Of a stretch of DNA of 64,000 nt, positions 39,746 through 52,135 are shown in pieces; position 1 is the stretch's first letter; each line of letters opens with the position of its first letter. The notes under the pieces are model-generated. The model worked only from the letters and a program-made list of their open reading frames with translations. It made no database searches and was not told the DNA's origin. The stretch lies in contig NW_027361990.1 of NCBI RefSeq assembly GCF_039654945.1, forward strand, positions 124,001 to 188,000, written 5' to 3'. This DNA is from Dendrobates tinctorius (taxonomy: Eukaryota). Position numbers and translations under genes: made by a program.

Positions 39746-41327
39746 CCTGCAGTTCCCGTTTTCAGTCACGGCGGGTGATACGGAGGAGTCCGGGCAAGAG
39801 GAGGAGGCCGACAGCCATCCACCTCCCCGTTTGCCGGATTTGGAAGTTCAGAAAGATGACTTCCAAAGCGAGCAAATAAAGGATCCTACCCTTTCTCAGG
39901 CTAGGACAAATGTAAAAGTGATAAATGGGGTACCCGTAGAACCTGGCTCTAGGCTGGCATATCCTTACATGGTCCTGGAGAATGATTTACTCTATCAGAT
40001 AGAGAAAAAGGGGGAAGACACGGTGCAACTATTAGTCGTTCCAAAACCCTACCGGCGGCAGGTGCTGGACCTGGCCCACGGACATGTGATGGGAGGTCAC
40101 CTGGGAGTTCAGAAAACCACCGAAAGGATATTACACTGTTTTGTTTGGCCAGGCATGCATCACGATATTCGTGTATATTGTGAGTCTTGTCCTGACTGCC
40201 AAACCTTTGCGCCTAAGCCCCGGTTCTGTAGCCCTTTGGTACCCCTACCTATTATTGAGGTCCAGTTTGAGAGGATTGGGATGGATTTAGTCGGGCCCCT
40301 TCCACGGTCTGCACGTGGACACCAACATATCCTGGTCATCTTGGATTATGCCATTCGTTACCCGGAGGCCATCCCTTTGCGTAACACGGCCACCAAGACG
40401 ATTGCCAAGGAATTGGTGTATGTGTTTAGTCGGGTCGGTATACCAAAACAGATACTCACCGACCAAGGGACTCCCTTTATGTCCAGGGTAATGAAGGAGC
40501 TCTGCCGGTTGTTACGAATCGAACCGTTACGCACATCCGTGTATCACCCTCAAACAGACGGGTTGGTCGAACGGTTCAATAAAACTCTGAAGCAAATGGT
40601 GAGAAAGGTGATAGACAAGGATGGGAAGAACTGGGACTATTTACTTCCGTATTTACTTTTTGCCATCAGGGAAGTGCCCCAGTCTTCCACGGGATTCTCG
40701 CCTTTTGAGTTATTGTACGCTCGACGTCCTCGCGGACTGTTAGACGTCGCCAAAGAAACCTGGGAGGGTCAGGTCACTCCGTTTAAAACGGTGATAGATC
40801 ACGTATCCCAAATGCAGGACCGTATTGCGGCTGTTATGCCTATTGTCAAAGAACACATGATGCAGGCTCAAGGAGCCCAAAAAAGAATCTATGATAGGGG
40901 CGCCAAGATCCGTACGTTTGCACCCGGAGATAGGGTGTTGATCCTGGTTCCCACGGTGGACAGTAAGTTCCTGGCAAAGTGGCAGGGCCCCTTTGAGATT
41001 ATGGAAAGAATTGGTGAAGTAAACTACAAAGTATACCAGGCAGGTAAACGGAAACCTGAACAGATTTATCATGTAAATCTGATAAAACCCTGGAAAGATC
41101 GGTCTGCCTTGTCAGTGGAGCTGGCCCGTCCCGTCTGCTCGCATACCGTACCGGAGGTACGGGTTGCAGAGACTCTCTCAGAGCGGCAAAAGACTGAGGT
41201 CAGGCAGTTTCTACTTCACAACCAAAAGTTTTTCTCAGAAAAACCCGGGCAGACTACGCTAATGAAACATGACATCGTAACGGAACCTGGTGTCACAGTT
41301 CACGTGAAACCCTACAGAATTCCGTAA
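39720..41327 (+). pseudogene. Integrase (HHCC, DDE core, GPF) placed upstream of RT
   Basis: AHGHVMGGHLG...CESCPDC; GMDLVGPL; LTDQGTPF; GLVERFN; WQGPF. Ends at a premature TAA. Confidence 0.93.
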
Positions 41328-42542
41328 GCACGCCGTGAAGCCGTTTCCCGAGAAGTGAAGGCAATGTTAGAGTTAGGTGTCATTGAGGAATCGCACAGTG
41401 CTTGGTCCAGCCCGATTGTGTTAATTCCTAAACCAGACGGCACCATCCGGTTCTGCAATGACTTCAGGAAACTGAATGCGGTCTCAAAATTTGATGCCTA
41501 CCCTATGCTCCGGGTCGACGAGTTAATAGATCGGTTAGGAAAAGCCCGGTATATTACGACCCTAGATCTAACAAAGGGGTATTGGCAGATCTCTCTGGCG
41601 GAGGCTGCCAGAGAAAAGACGGCATTTGCTACGCCGGAAGGTTTATTTCAGTATGTGTATATGCCGTTTGGACTGCACGGGGCACCAGCGACCTTCCAGA
41701 GACTAATGGATCGAGTCTTGAGGCCACATAGGAAGTACGCTTCGGCCTATTTGGATGACATTGTCATTTACAGCTTGGACTGGGAGACTCATCTCCAGAA
41801 AGTACAAGCTGTGACTGACGACCTGTGGGAGGCAGGTCTAACTGCGAACCCCAAGAAATGTCATATCGGGCTAGAAGAAGCCTGGTATTTGGGATATGTA
41901 ATTGGGAGGGGTATTGTTAAACCCCAGCTCGATAAGATTCAGGCGGTTCAGGACTGGCCGCAACCTGTCAACAAGAAGCAGGTTCAAGCCTTCCTGGGGA
42001 TCGCCGGCTATTATCGCCGGTTCATACCCAATTTTGCAGCCATCGCTACCCCCCTGACGGATCTTACAAAAGGGAAAGACTCCGTCATGATTAAATGGAG
42101 TTTAGCGGCTGAAGAAGCCTTCCATAGCCTAAAACGGGCACTTTGCTCTCAGCCCGTACTGGTGACTCTGGACTTCTGCAGCGAGTTTGTGGTCCAAACG
42201 GATGCCTCTGATACCGGTATCGGGGCCGTACTCTCACAAGTGAGGGACGGAGTGGAACACCCAGTCCTCTATCTCAGCAGGAAGCTGAATAAACATGAGC
42301 AAAAGTATGCAGTCGTAGAAAAAGAGTGCCTCGCCATTAAGTGGGCTCTAGAGGCCCTCAAATATTACCTGGTGGGCCGAAAGTTCAGGCTGATCACTGA
42401 CCATGCCCCTCTCAAGTGGATGCACTTGCACAAGGAACGTAATAGCCGGGTGACCCGGTGGTTCCTTGCCCTGCAGGCCTACACTTTTACGGTGGAGCAC
42501 CGCCCAGAGGTACAGATGGGGAATGCAGATGCCCTGTCCTGA
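41328..42542 (+). pseudogene. Reverse transcriptase and RNase H
   Basis: LDLTKGYWQI, MPFGLHGAPATFQR, YLDD, VQTDAS, EKECLAI, TDHAPL, NADALS. Confidence 0.95.
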
Positions 42543-43589
42543 GTGCACTGTTTGGCGGGTGTCATTGCTCGACCGGAGTGGTCTGAGCAGAGGGGGGGGA
42601 TATGTGAGAATCATGTGGGAATAGTGGATGAGGGCAGGTATATCTCGCCCAGATACCTTTCCTATGTGGCCTAGTCTGGTCAGTATCGCACCTGGTTACT
42701 AATGAATAATGGGAGGGCGGATATAAAAGGATGCCAGGTGGTTGTGTGAGTGTCTCAGCCTGGGAACACAGAGAGCCTGTCTGTGTGAGAGACACACGTG
42801 AGTGGAAGCAGTGCCCACTGCAACTGTGGTTTGGCTGGACGGGAGAAGCCCGCCTGTTGGTAGTTAGGTTGTACCTTGTTTAGTTAGTGCCGGACAGGCA
42901 AGGATTTGTTTTATTTATTTAAGCATTGCTTTCATGTTTTAATAAACCTGACCCAGTGTCAGTTATACCCGGACCCCGGCTGTGCGCCTGAGTTTCATGC
43001 TGAACGCACGTGACCTTTGACCCCAGCAAAGGCGATCCTGGAGTGTTTTATCACTATATATATACTTACTGACTTATATAAGCTAAGACAAAGCCTAGAT
43101 CCTCAGGCTACATTCACGCCATGGGCGTAGCCAGGATCAAACCTAGGGGGGGCAGAACCTCATACTGCACACCTCAGCTGCTGCAGAACCTCATACTGCA
43201 CACCCCTACACTTGAAAATAAAGCCTGCACCTTAAGAAGATGTGGTGATGAATGCAGTCTATTTATTCCAACTATCAGTTGATGTTACTGAAGACGAGCA
43301 ATGCCTGTCCTGGGTGTCCTTTTGGGCAGCTATAAGGTGTACCTGACTGGTGCTAAAAAAAAAAAGGAGTGTTAGTCTGTGTGCTACCCGGCTTTCATTC
43401 TTTTTGGTACAGATATGATATGGATATATAGAGCAGATTTCTAATCTGCTGTTGATATTGAAAACATTATCTATGAGCTCAAAAACCTTTCAGGTGATGC
43501 GGTTTTTTAAAAAGCTGATCTGCTTTTGCAACTGAAAAACGTTATCCTCAAAAAACGCAGGAAAAACGCTGTGTGTGAATGTAGCCTTA

Positions 43590-43781
43590 GATCAGGAATA
43601 GAACAGTCATTTATAGGACATTTTATAACTTTCCCAAATTCCTATGAAAAAATATTCAGCACATTCTGCATTGAATTACTGTACCCAATTTATTATATAT
43701 TTTAGGAGTCGGTCCATTTTATACCGACTCCAACTCCACCAAAATGAGCACGAACTCCACGACTCCGACTCCACAGCCCGG
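43590..43781. mobile_element. Right end of a hAT MITE related to the 59971-62863 element
   Basis: GGAGTCGGT...CCGACTCC subterminal repeats and TIR CCGACTCCACAGCCCGG at 43765-43781. Confidence 0.7.
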
Positions 43782-45246
43782 GTCGTTATGGGGTGATGTG
43801 GGGTCGTTATGGGGTGATGTGGGGTCGTTATGGGGTGATGTGGGGTCATTATGGGGTGATGTGGGGTCGTTATGTGGAGATGTGGGGCTGTTATGTGGTG
43901 ATGTGGGGTCGTTATGTGGTGATGTGGGGTCGTTATGGGGTGATGTGGGGTCGTTATGTGGAGATGTGGGGTCGTTATGTGGAGATGTGGGGTCGTTATG
44001 GGGTGATGTGGGGTCGTTATGTGGAGATGTGGGGTCGTTATGGGGTGATGTGGGGCCGTTATGGGGTGATGTGGGGCCGTTATGAGGTGATGTGGGGTCG
44101 TTATGGGGTGATGTGGGGTCGTTATGGGTGATGTTGGGTCGTTATGTGGAGATGTGGGGTCGTTATGGGGAGATGTGGGGTCGTTATGGGGTGATGTGGG
44201 GTCGTTATGGGGTGATGTGGGGTCGTTATGGGGTGATGTGGGGTCGTTATGGGGTGATGTGGGGCCGTTATGGGGTGATGTGGGGCCGTTATGTGGAGAT
44301 GTGGGGTCGTTATGGGGTGATGTGGGGCCGTTATGGGGTGATGTGGGGTCGTTATGGGGTGATGTGGGGCCGTTATGGGGTGATGTGGGGCCGTTATGTG
44401 GAGATGTGGGGTCGTTATGGGGAGATGTGGGGCCGTTATGGGGTGATGTGGGGCCGTTATGGGGTGATGTGGGGCCGTTATGTGGAGATGTGGGGTCGTT
44501 ATGGGGTGATGTGGGGCCGTTATGGGGTGATGTGGGGTCGTTATGTGGAGATGTGGGGTCGTTATGGGGAGATGTGGGGTCGTTATGTGGAGATGTGGGG
44601 TCGTTATGTGGAGATGTGGGGTCGTTATGGGGAGATGTGGGGTCGTTATGGGGAGATGTGGGGCCGTTATGGGGTGATGTGGGGTCGTTATGGGGTGATG
44701 TGGGGTCGTTATGGGGAGATGTGGGGCCGTTATGGGGTGATGTGGGGTCGTTATGGGTGATGTGGGGTCGTTATGGGTGATGTGGGGTCGTTATGGGGAG
44801 ATGTGGGGTCGTTATGGGTGATGTGGGGTCGTTATGGGTGATGTGGGGTCGTTATGGGTGATGTGGGGTCGTTATGGGGTGATGTGGGGTCGTTATGGGG
44901 TGATGTGGGGTCGTTATGGGTGATGTGGGGTCGTTATGGGTGATGTGGGGTCGTTATGGGGAGATGTGGGGCCGTTATGGGGTGATGTGGGGTCGTTATG
45001 GGGTGATGTGGGGTCGTTATGGGGTGATGTGGGGTCGTTATGGGTGATGTGGGGTCGTTATGGGTGATGTGGGGTCGTTATGGGGTGATGTGGGGCCGTT
45101 ATGGGGTGATGTGGGGTCGTTATGGGGTGATGTGGGGTCGTTATGGGGTGATGTGGGGTCGTTATGGGTGATGTGGGGTCGTTATGGGTGATGTGGGGTC
45201 GTTATGGGGAGATGTGGGGTCGTTATGGGTGATGTGGGGTCGTTAT
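43781..45246. repeat. G-rich 21-bp minisatellite (ggggtcgttatggggtgatgt), about 70 copies
   Basis: Directly visible; two G-runs and one CpG per unit. Confidence 0.97.
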
Positions 45247-45539
45247 GTGGTTATGTGACAGTCTGTGACAGAGTCCGCTATTTCCCAGCCTCCTGCACGT
45301 TGCTCGGTGACAGCAGTGACTCCCATCCTCCTCCTCATCATCTCCCGCTCACCAAGGTTATCGGTGGCTGCTTTTGATGCCGTTGCCGAGGCAACCATCC
45401 CATAATCCTTCGCTGCCTCGTCCCCGTCCCGACTCCTCATCATCCATCCTCCCTTTACCCAGCATCCTCCGCTGTCTCCCGCCCGGTCCCCCCGGTAACG
45501 GATGGGTGTGGTCCCCACCTCCTTGTACCAGTAGATCAT

Positions 45540-45584
45540 CCAATCACAGGGCGGAGTTTTCTTGCCTGTTCCGTGACGTCACGG
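45540..45584 (+). promoter_or_regulatory. Putative far1 promoter: CCAAT, GC box and palindromic CRE
   Basis: CCAAT 45540-45544, GGGCGG 45549-45554, and perfect palindrome CCGTGACGTCACGG 45571-45584 within a CpG-rich stretch. Confidence 0.7.
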
Positions 45585-45589
45585 GCGCT

Positions 45590-45718
45590 CGTCCATTCAG
45601 CGCAGAGCTGGGCGTGGCCGCCGGCTGAGGGAGTGTTCGCACGGCGCGGCCTGAAGGCTGGGGCGTCAGTTGAGGCGAGGCAACAAGAGCGGGAGCTGCT
45701 GCCGGCGCCGGGGCTGAG
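45590..45718 (+). other. far1: Putative non-coding exon 1 of far1
   Basis: GC/CpG-rich segment after the promoter motifs ending at donor GAG|GTAACG. Start is approximate. Confidence 0.6.
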
Positions 45719-46416
45719 GTAACGTGGTGCTCGGGGTGTGGGGAGGGCAGAGCGGGTGGGCTCTGCCCGGTCTGGGAGCTCTGCCCCCCGGCTGTGGTCA
45801 CCCCCTTAAAGGGCAGGTCCAGTCACCATACAGCTCCACATATTAACCCTTTCTCCTACTCGCAGCATGTGTCTGCCTGCTCTTATAGTGGAGGAGGCAG
45901 GTTGTCAGACTACTCACCCCCGGTCTATAGAGTGCTCCTGGGAGTTGTAGTGCCCCCGCTGGGAGTTGTGGTTAGGAGGCCTCGGGGGGGTTGTACACTT
46001 TCACATTTGGGGGTTACAGAGTTTTTTTGTGCCTTTATAACCCGGCAACATCTTATCTGGCCGCCATAACCCCCACTTTATGGGCGATGTCTCCGGGGGA
46101 GAGGCTCCGCGGGGGAGGGGAGCTGTGAGCGCGGACTCACGGGGGTCTCTACAATCAGGGCTCCTTCACTTTTCCATAAACAGCAGCATTCTTGGTTGCG
46201 GGGTGGGGGGGGGTCTCCTTCTATAACTCCCCTTGAATGAATGAAGATTAGCTGCAGTACTGGACATTGCCTGATGGCAGGAGTGGCGCTGTAAGAAGCA
46301 ATTTCCTCACAAATTGCATTTGCAGGATGGATGATGAATTTTTAATGGCTCCGACCTCCCAGATCCTGATCCTCTGTGCGCAGGACTGAAAGGCTCCTGA
46401 TGGAGAAGGCGGCGCT

Positions 46417-47022
46417 CAGGCCTCCGGCCCCTCTGGGGGGAGGTTGCGCCCGGGCCTCTCCGGCCCCTCTGGGGGGAGGTTGCGCCCGGGCCTCTCCGGC
46501 CCCTCTGGGGGGAGGTTGCGCCCTGGCCTCTCCGGCCCCTCTGGGGGGAGGTTGCGCCCGGGCCTCTCCGGCCCCTCTGGGGGGAGGTTGCGCCCGGGCC
46601 TCTCCGGCCCCTCTGGGGGGAGGTTGCGCCCTGGCCTCTCCGGCCCCTCTGGGGGGAGGTTGCGCCCTGGCCTCTCCGGCCCCTCTGGGGGGAGGTTGCG
46701 CCCGGGCCTCTCCGTCCCCTCTGGGGGGAGGTTGCGCCCTGGCCTCTCCGTCCCCTCTGGGGGGAGGTTGCGCCCGGGCCTCTCCGTCCCCTCTGGGGGG
46801 AGGTTGCGCCCGGGCCTCTCCGTCCCCTCTGGGGGGAGGTTGCGCCCGGGCCTCTCCGTCCCCTCTGGGGGGAGGTTGCGCCCGGGCCTCTCCGTCCCCT
46901 CTGGGGGGAGGTTGCGCCCGGGCCTCTCCGTCCCCTCTGGGGGGAGGTTGCGCCCGGGCCTCTCCGGCCCCTCTGGGGGGAGGTTGCGCCCGGGCCTCTC
47001 CGGCCCCTCTGGGGGGAGGTTG
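46417..47022. repeat. 36-bp GC-rich minisatellite, about 17 copies (far1 intron 1)
   Basis: ggcctctccggcccctctggggggaggttgcgcccg repeated. Confidence 0.95.
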
Positions 47023-50000
47023 TACCTCTTCACTCACCTTTCTTCAGTGCTTGAATGGTTCGATCAGCTGTAATATCTGTGGACCCTCGTCCATCGCACG
47101 GGTTCTTGTCCAGAGTGCCCCCTTAAAGGGGTGTTCCGGGATTAAGAAGCAGAGGGTGGCAGTCTGATTCTCACCACTAGCACCTGACGGCCTGGCGTTT
47201 ACGATACCCCATGACATTGCAGTGGGCGTCTTACCTGCAGGGTCTGGCTGAGGGTACACCAGCTGCCATGGAGGGACCAGGGTGGTGCTGGACCCGGTGA
47301 GCACAAGTGAAGCTGCTGAGCTGTTCTAGGCCAGGATCACACTCTCACATGCGTCTCTGGATCACAGTATACGTCCGAGTCTCCTGACCTGAGCTCATCA
47401 GCTGCGTATACAGGAGACCTGTGGTCGGCCCATGCACTGCTCACAGGTGTGAATCTGGTCTTAAAGGACATGGCTGCTCTCAGGAACGGCGCCCCTCTTG
47501 ACCGTAGGTTGCGTGGGGCATTGCAGCTCAGCTCCCTTCACTTGAACGGGGCAGAGTTATAATGCCAGACATTACTGCACGATGAGGTGCTGATCCAGGA
47601 AAACGAAAACATTAGTCTGAACGCGTCCGACACAGACTGGAGTTAGGTGGCCAGAACAGGAGGTTAATCTGTGACTAGAGAAATGTGAGCGCGCGGCCTG
47701 CGACTGTCTGCCGTGCATTATGGTACAATAGTCAGGACCACCCACCATAAAAGCCTCGTGTGACTGTCGATGCACCTCGGTGGGCTGCCCACCATGCACA
47801 TGCTGGCTGCAGTCGGAAGGATGATGACTTCTGTGCAATCACGTGATCATCGTACATGTGCGTCCAGTGCTGGGAGTTGTAGTTGCCCAGTAGCAGGGCA
47901 GCCGCGTGCAGCTCTGCACTGTAGGAATCTGCACAGTGACGTTGTATCTGGCAGGACGCAGAGCCATGTCATGAGTTTCCGCCCTCTTTTTTGGCACTTC
48001 ATGAAACCTCATGGTTTTCTATCTTTGTTCCTCTCACTTCTCACACCCTGGGGTGTTAATTTTTGGATATTGTGATTTAACCCTCCCAATTCCCAGGGTT
48101 CGGCCTTCCCCTGGGGCAGTGCCCGGGCAGGAGACAAGTGCTCAGACGTTTGTGCTGCTTTGTCATTCTCTCGCCCATTGCAGATGTGACATTAATTTCA
48201 TTCTTGCTGACTTCGCCGTGTTTTTGTTTCGCGATCCCTCGGCGTAGTCCTCATCGAGGGCTCTTCAGCGCTGAGCGCGATTTCTGTGTTTGCACAGACT
48301 CGGGCCATGAAAGTAAAGATGTGATGTAAAGTGTGTGAACACTTGTGCAACCAACTTCCTTTCTTGTTGCGCCTTTACTTGTGAAAGGAAGCAAGCTTGC
48401 AGTCTGTATTGAAGGAAAACCTGCCGTCTTGTGTACACAGCTCCTATGCAGACCTTTGTGTTCCCATGGCTATAGCACAGCCTGTACCCGTCAGTCATGT
48501 TACTCCTCTAATCCGTCCTTTGCTGTACCGGGGCAAAGGTTTATATGGCCATATCTGTACCTGGTGTCTATTACAGCAGTGATGCCACTTAATGTACTCT
48601 TATAACTTCACTAGCCTCTTAAACTTTTGTCATATCCCATTTGACCGAGCCGGGAACCACGTGTGACGCCAACCAGTTAGAATTAATGCAAAGCAGCCGA
48701 CCTCTGTACTGATGTCTTTGGAGAAGTTACTCCATTGAAATTTGTGGGAAGTATGGCAAGCCCGGCGGCATTTATCGGCACACGGCTATCCATGCAAATG
48801 CTGCGGTTGTCATAGGTGTCTGATTTGGGAATACCCCTTAAGTGTAAGAAGAAGCATAAACCAACCGCGATCATGGCAGGATGTAGACGTAGATCTGGTC
48901 TTTCCCCGAGATTGAGACTTGGCTTTTTAATGATAATGTGTAAGTAGTCGGGGCTGACCCACACTAGTTACATGGCTGAGTGTGAGCCCCCTGGACAGGG
49001 TTTGACCCCAGCACATGGAAAGTGGGATCTTTGTGTCCTGCAGCCTCCTGCCATCGTGTGGCTCAGCACAGCGCAAGCCTGACCTCTGCTCGATTAGTTA
49101 TCTATGGGACTGTCGCAGCACTGTGTTCGCCCGTCTCCAGCAGTCCCATAGGGAGCGAGCAAAGCCACGGGTGAATGTGCAAACTGCTGAGGTCCCTATC
49201 CTGGCAATCCATGCAGGTTGCAGCGGTCGGACCCCCACTGATGTAGAACTTATCACCTTTCCTGTAATTCAGTGATAACAGCTTAAAACTGGAAAATCTA
49301 AAGGGTTCCTGCAATTAAACATGGAGACATGTGCCTAGAATATCCCATCACCTCCTGCCTAGTGGGTGCTGGTGACTCCTTGCCTTCCCCACAGTGACCC
49401 CCATACCCACACGGCACAGGGAACAACAGGCATTTTAAAATGGGAAAACTTCTTTTAATCAAAAATAAAGATGGAAAGACCCTAATATTTCTGTCATTTC
49501 CCTCCTGGAACTTCCCAGCGTCGCCATTTCGTGAATCGCCTCTTGTTTCTCGCCGGTGAACGTCTCTGTGCTGAATGCAAACTTTCCAGAAACTCCAGTT
49601 AACTACGGCTCACTATGTAGCATAATGGAGAGGCTCGCAGCCCGTGTGTTACCTCTGCTTTCCAGGAATTACACAATCCCATCCAACCTGCAACTTCAGA
49701 CCTGAAATCTCTTTATCGGCTTTATTCTTCGCCACCAGCAGTGGAGCGTATGTAAATGGTGAGGAGCGTGGCATACTCGCACTCCTCCACCCCGGTATTA
49801 ATCTCGTCCTGTGCAGAAGTGGCCAATCTTTGCCGGTACAACTGCTGCTTATCTTCTGGGTGGGCGCCAGTAACTTAACCAATAACTTAGGCCGGTATCA
49901 GCACACGTCCTGTATGTGCAGGAGCCAGGGTATCCGCACCCTGCATGACTCTGTGCGGGAGTGAGTGGTCCTGGAGAGCCCCTCAAAGATGGCCGGGTAG

Positions 50001-50417
50001 TTTCCCTGCTTTGTGCCCTCTGCCTGACACAAGACAGTGTTTCCTTGTTTCATCAGAAAAGCCAACCCAGTTCTATGTCTATAGTTTGCAGAAGGAGGCT
50101 GGCTGAATTGACCCAAATTGCTAATATCCATGGTCACAACCCACTTAACAGAACACTGCAGCACCTGGGGGGGGGGGGGGGTGCCCAGTGGTGGATGCCC
50201 CCTTTAAGTTGTCTGGTTTGTTGGCTTGTATGGCAGATGTCTGAATGCTGATGTCACCCTGCTTCATCCTGTACATGTGGTTTAAATATTTTTTTTAAGT
50301 GGGAAAGTCCTCAGACTTGCTGTAAATGATCCAGATCTGTATTTGCCCTGTGATCTTGATCTGACCACATTGCTCGTCTATTTCCCTCGCCCGCTGACGT
50401 GCAGCGCTGACAACAAT

Positions 50418-52135
50418 GGCCGTTCCTCCTCTATATGGGGGGCAGAGCTGTCCCGGGGCTTGTATCTCCGGAGGACGGTTCATCTTACAGGCGTCTCGCC
50501 CCGTTCCTCCGCTATATGGGGGGCAGAGCTGTCTCGGGGCTAGTATCTCCGGAGGACTGTTCATTTTACAGGCATCTCGCCCCGTTCCTCCTCTATATGG
50601 GGGGCAGAGCTGTCCCGGGGCTTGTATCTCCGGAGGACGGTTCAGCTTACAGGCATCTCGCCCCGTTCCTCCTCTATATGGGGGGCAGAGCTGTCCCGGG
50701 GCTTGTATCTCCGGAGGACGGTTCAGCTTACAGGCATCTCGCCCCGTTCCTCCACTATATGGGGGGGCAGAGCTGTCCCGGGGCTTGTATCTCCGGAGGA
50801 CGGTTCAGCTTACAGGCATCTCGCCCCGTTCCTCCACTATATGGGGGGGCAGAGCTGTCCCGGGGCTTGTATCTCCGGAGTACGGTTCAGCTTACAGGCA
50901 TCTCGCCCCGTTCCTCCTCTATATGGGGGGGGTAGAGCTGTCCCGGGGCTAGTATCGCCGGAGGACGGTTCATCTTACAGGCGTCTCGCCCCGTTCCTCC
51001 TCTATATGGGGGGGCAGAGCTGTCCCGGGGCTTGTATCTCCGGAGGACGGTACAGCTTACAGGCATCTCGCCCCATTCCTCCACTATATGGGGGGGCAGA
51101 GCTGTCCCGGGGCTTGTATCTCCGGAGGACGGTCCAGCTTACAGGCATCTCGCCCCGTTCCTCCTCTATATGGGGGGGCAGAGTTGTCCCGGGGCTTTTA
51201 TCTCCGGAGGACGGTCCAGCTTACAGGCATCTCGCCCCGTTCCTCCTCTATATGGGGGGGCAGAGTTGTCCCGGGGCTTGTATCTCCGGAGGACGGTTCA
51301 GCTTACAGGCATCTCGCCCCGTTCCTCCTCTATATGGGGGGGCAGAGTTGTCCCGGGGCTTGTATCTCCGGAGGACGTTTCATCTCACAGGCGTCTCGCC
51401 CCGTTCCTCCACTATGGGATGCAGAGTTGTCCCGGGGCTAGTATCTCTGGAGGACGGTTCAGCTTACAGGCGTCTCGCCTTGTTCCTCCACTATATGGGG
51501 GGCAGAGCTGTCCTGGGGCTAGTATCTCCGGAGGACGGTTCAGCTTACAGGCATCTCGCCCCGTTCCTCCACTATATGGGGGGGCAGAGCTGTCCCGGGG
51601 CTAGTATCTCCGGAGGACGGTTCATCTCACAGGCGTCTCGCCCCGTTCCTCCACTATATGGGGGGCAGAGCTGTCCTGGGGCTAGTATCTCCGGAGGACG
51701 GTTCATCTCACAGGCGTCTCACGCCGTTCCTCCACTATATGGGGGGCAGAGTTGTCCCGGGGCTAGTATCTCCGGAGGACGGTTCAGCTTACAGGCGTCT
51801 CGCCCCGTTCCTCCACTATATGGGGGGCAGAGCTGTCCTGGGGCTAGTATCTCCGGAGGACGGTTCATCTCACAGGCGTCTCGCCCCGTTCCTCCACTAT
51901 ATGGGGGGCAGAGCTGTCCTGGGGCTAGTATCTCCGGAGGACGGTTCATCTCACAGGCGTCTCACCCCGTTCCTCCACTATATGGGGGGCAGAGCTGTCC
52001 TGGGGCTAGTATCTCCGGAGGACGGTTCAGCTTACCGGCGTCTCGCCCCGCTCCTCCACTATATGGGGGGGGGCAGAGCTGTCCCGGGGCTAGTATCTCC
52101 GGAGGACGGTTCATCTTACAGGCGTCTCGCCCCGT
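50418..52135. repeat. ~81-bp minisatellite, about 21 copies with variable G-run length
   Basis: 27-aa periodic ORFs with frame switches at the G-run. Confidence 0.95.

Larger units (their letters stand above)
37842..43055 (+). mobile_element. Full-length Gmr1-like Ty3/Gypsy LTR retrotransposon
   Basis: LTRs 37842-38299 and 42603-43055 (about a dozen differences by eye). PBS TGGTGGAGAACGCGGGCA at 38303-38320 (tRNA-Ala-like), G-rich PPT before 42603, and ATAT TSD in a TA run. Confidence 0.95.

Noticed and set aside
43781-45246. Telomeric repeat
   Set aside because: The unit is 21 bp and is not TTAGGG.
46342-47167. Pro-rich or collagen-like repeat proteins (PPPRGAGEARAQ)
   Set aside because: 36-bp minisatellite open in four frames; no splice or domain support.
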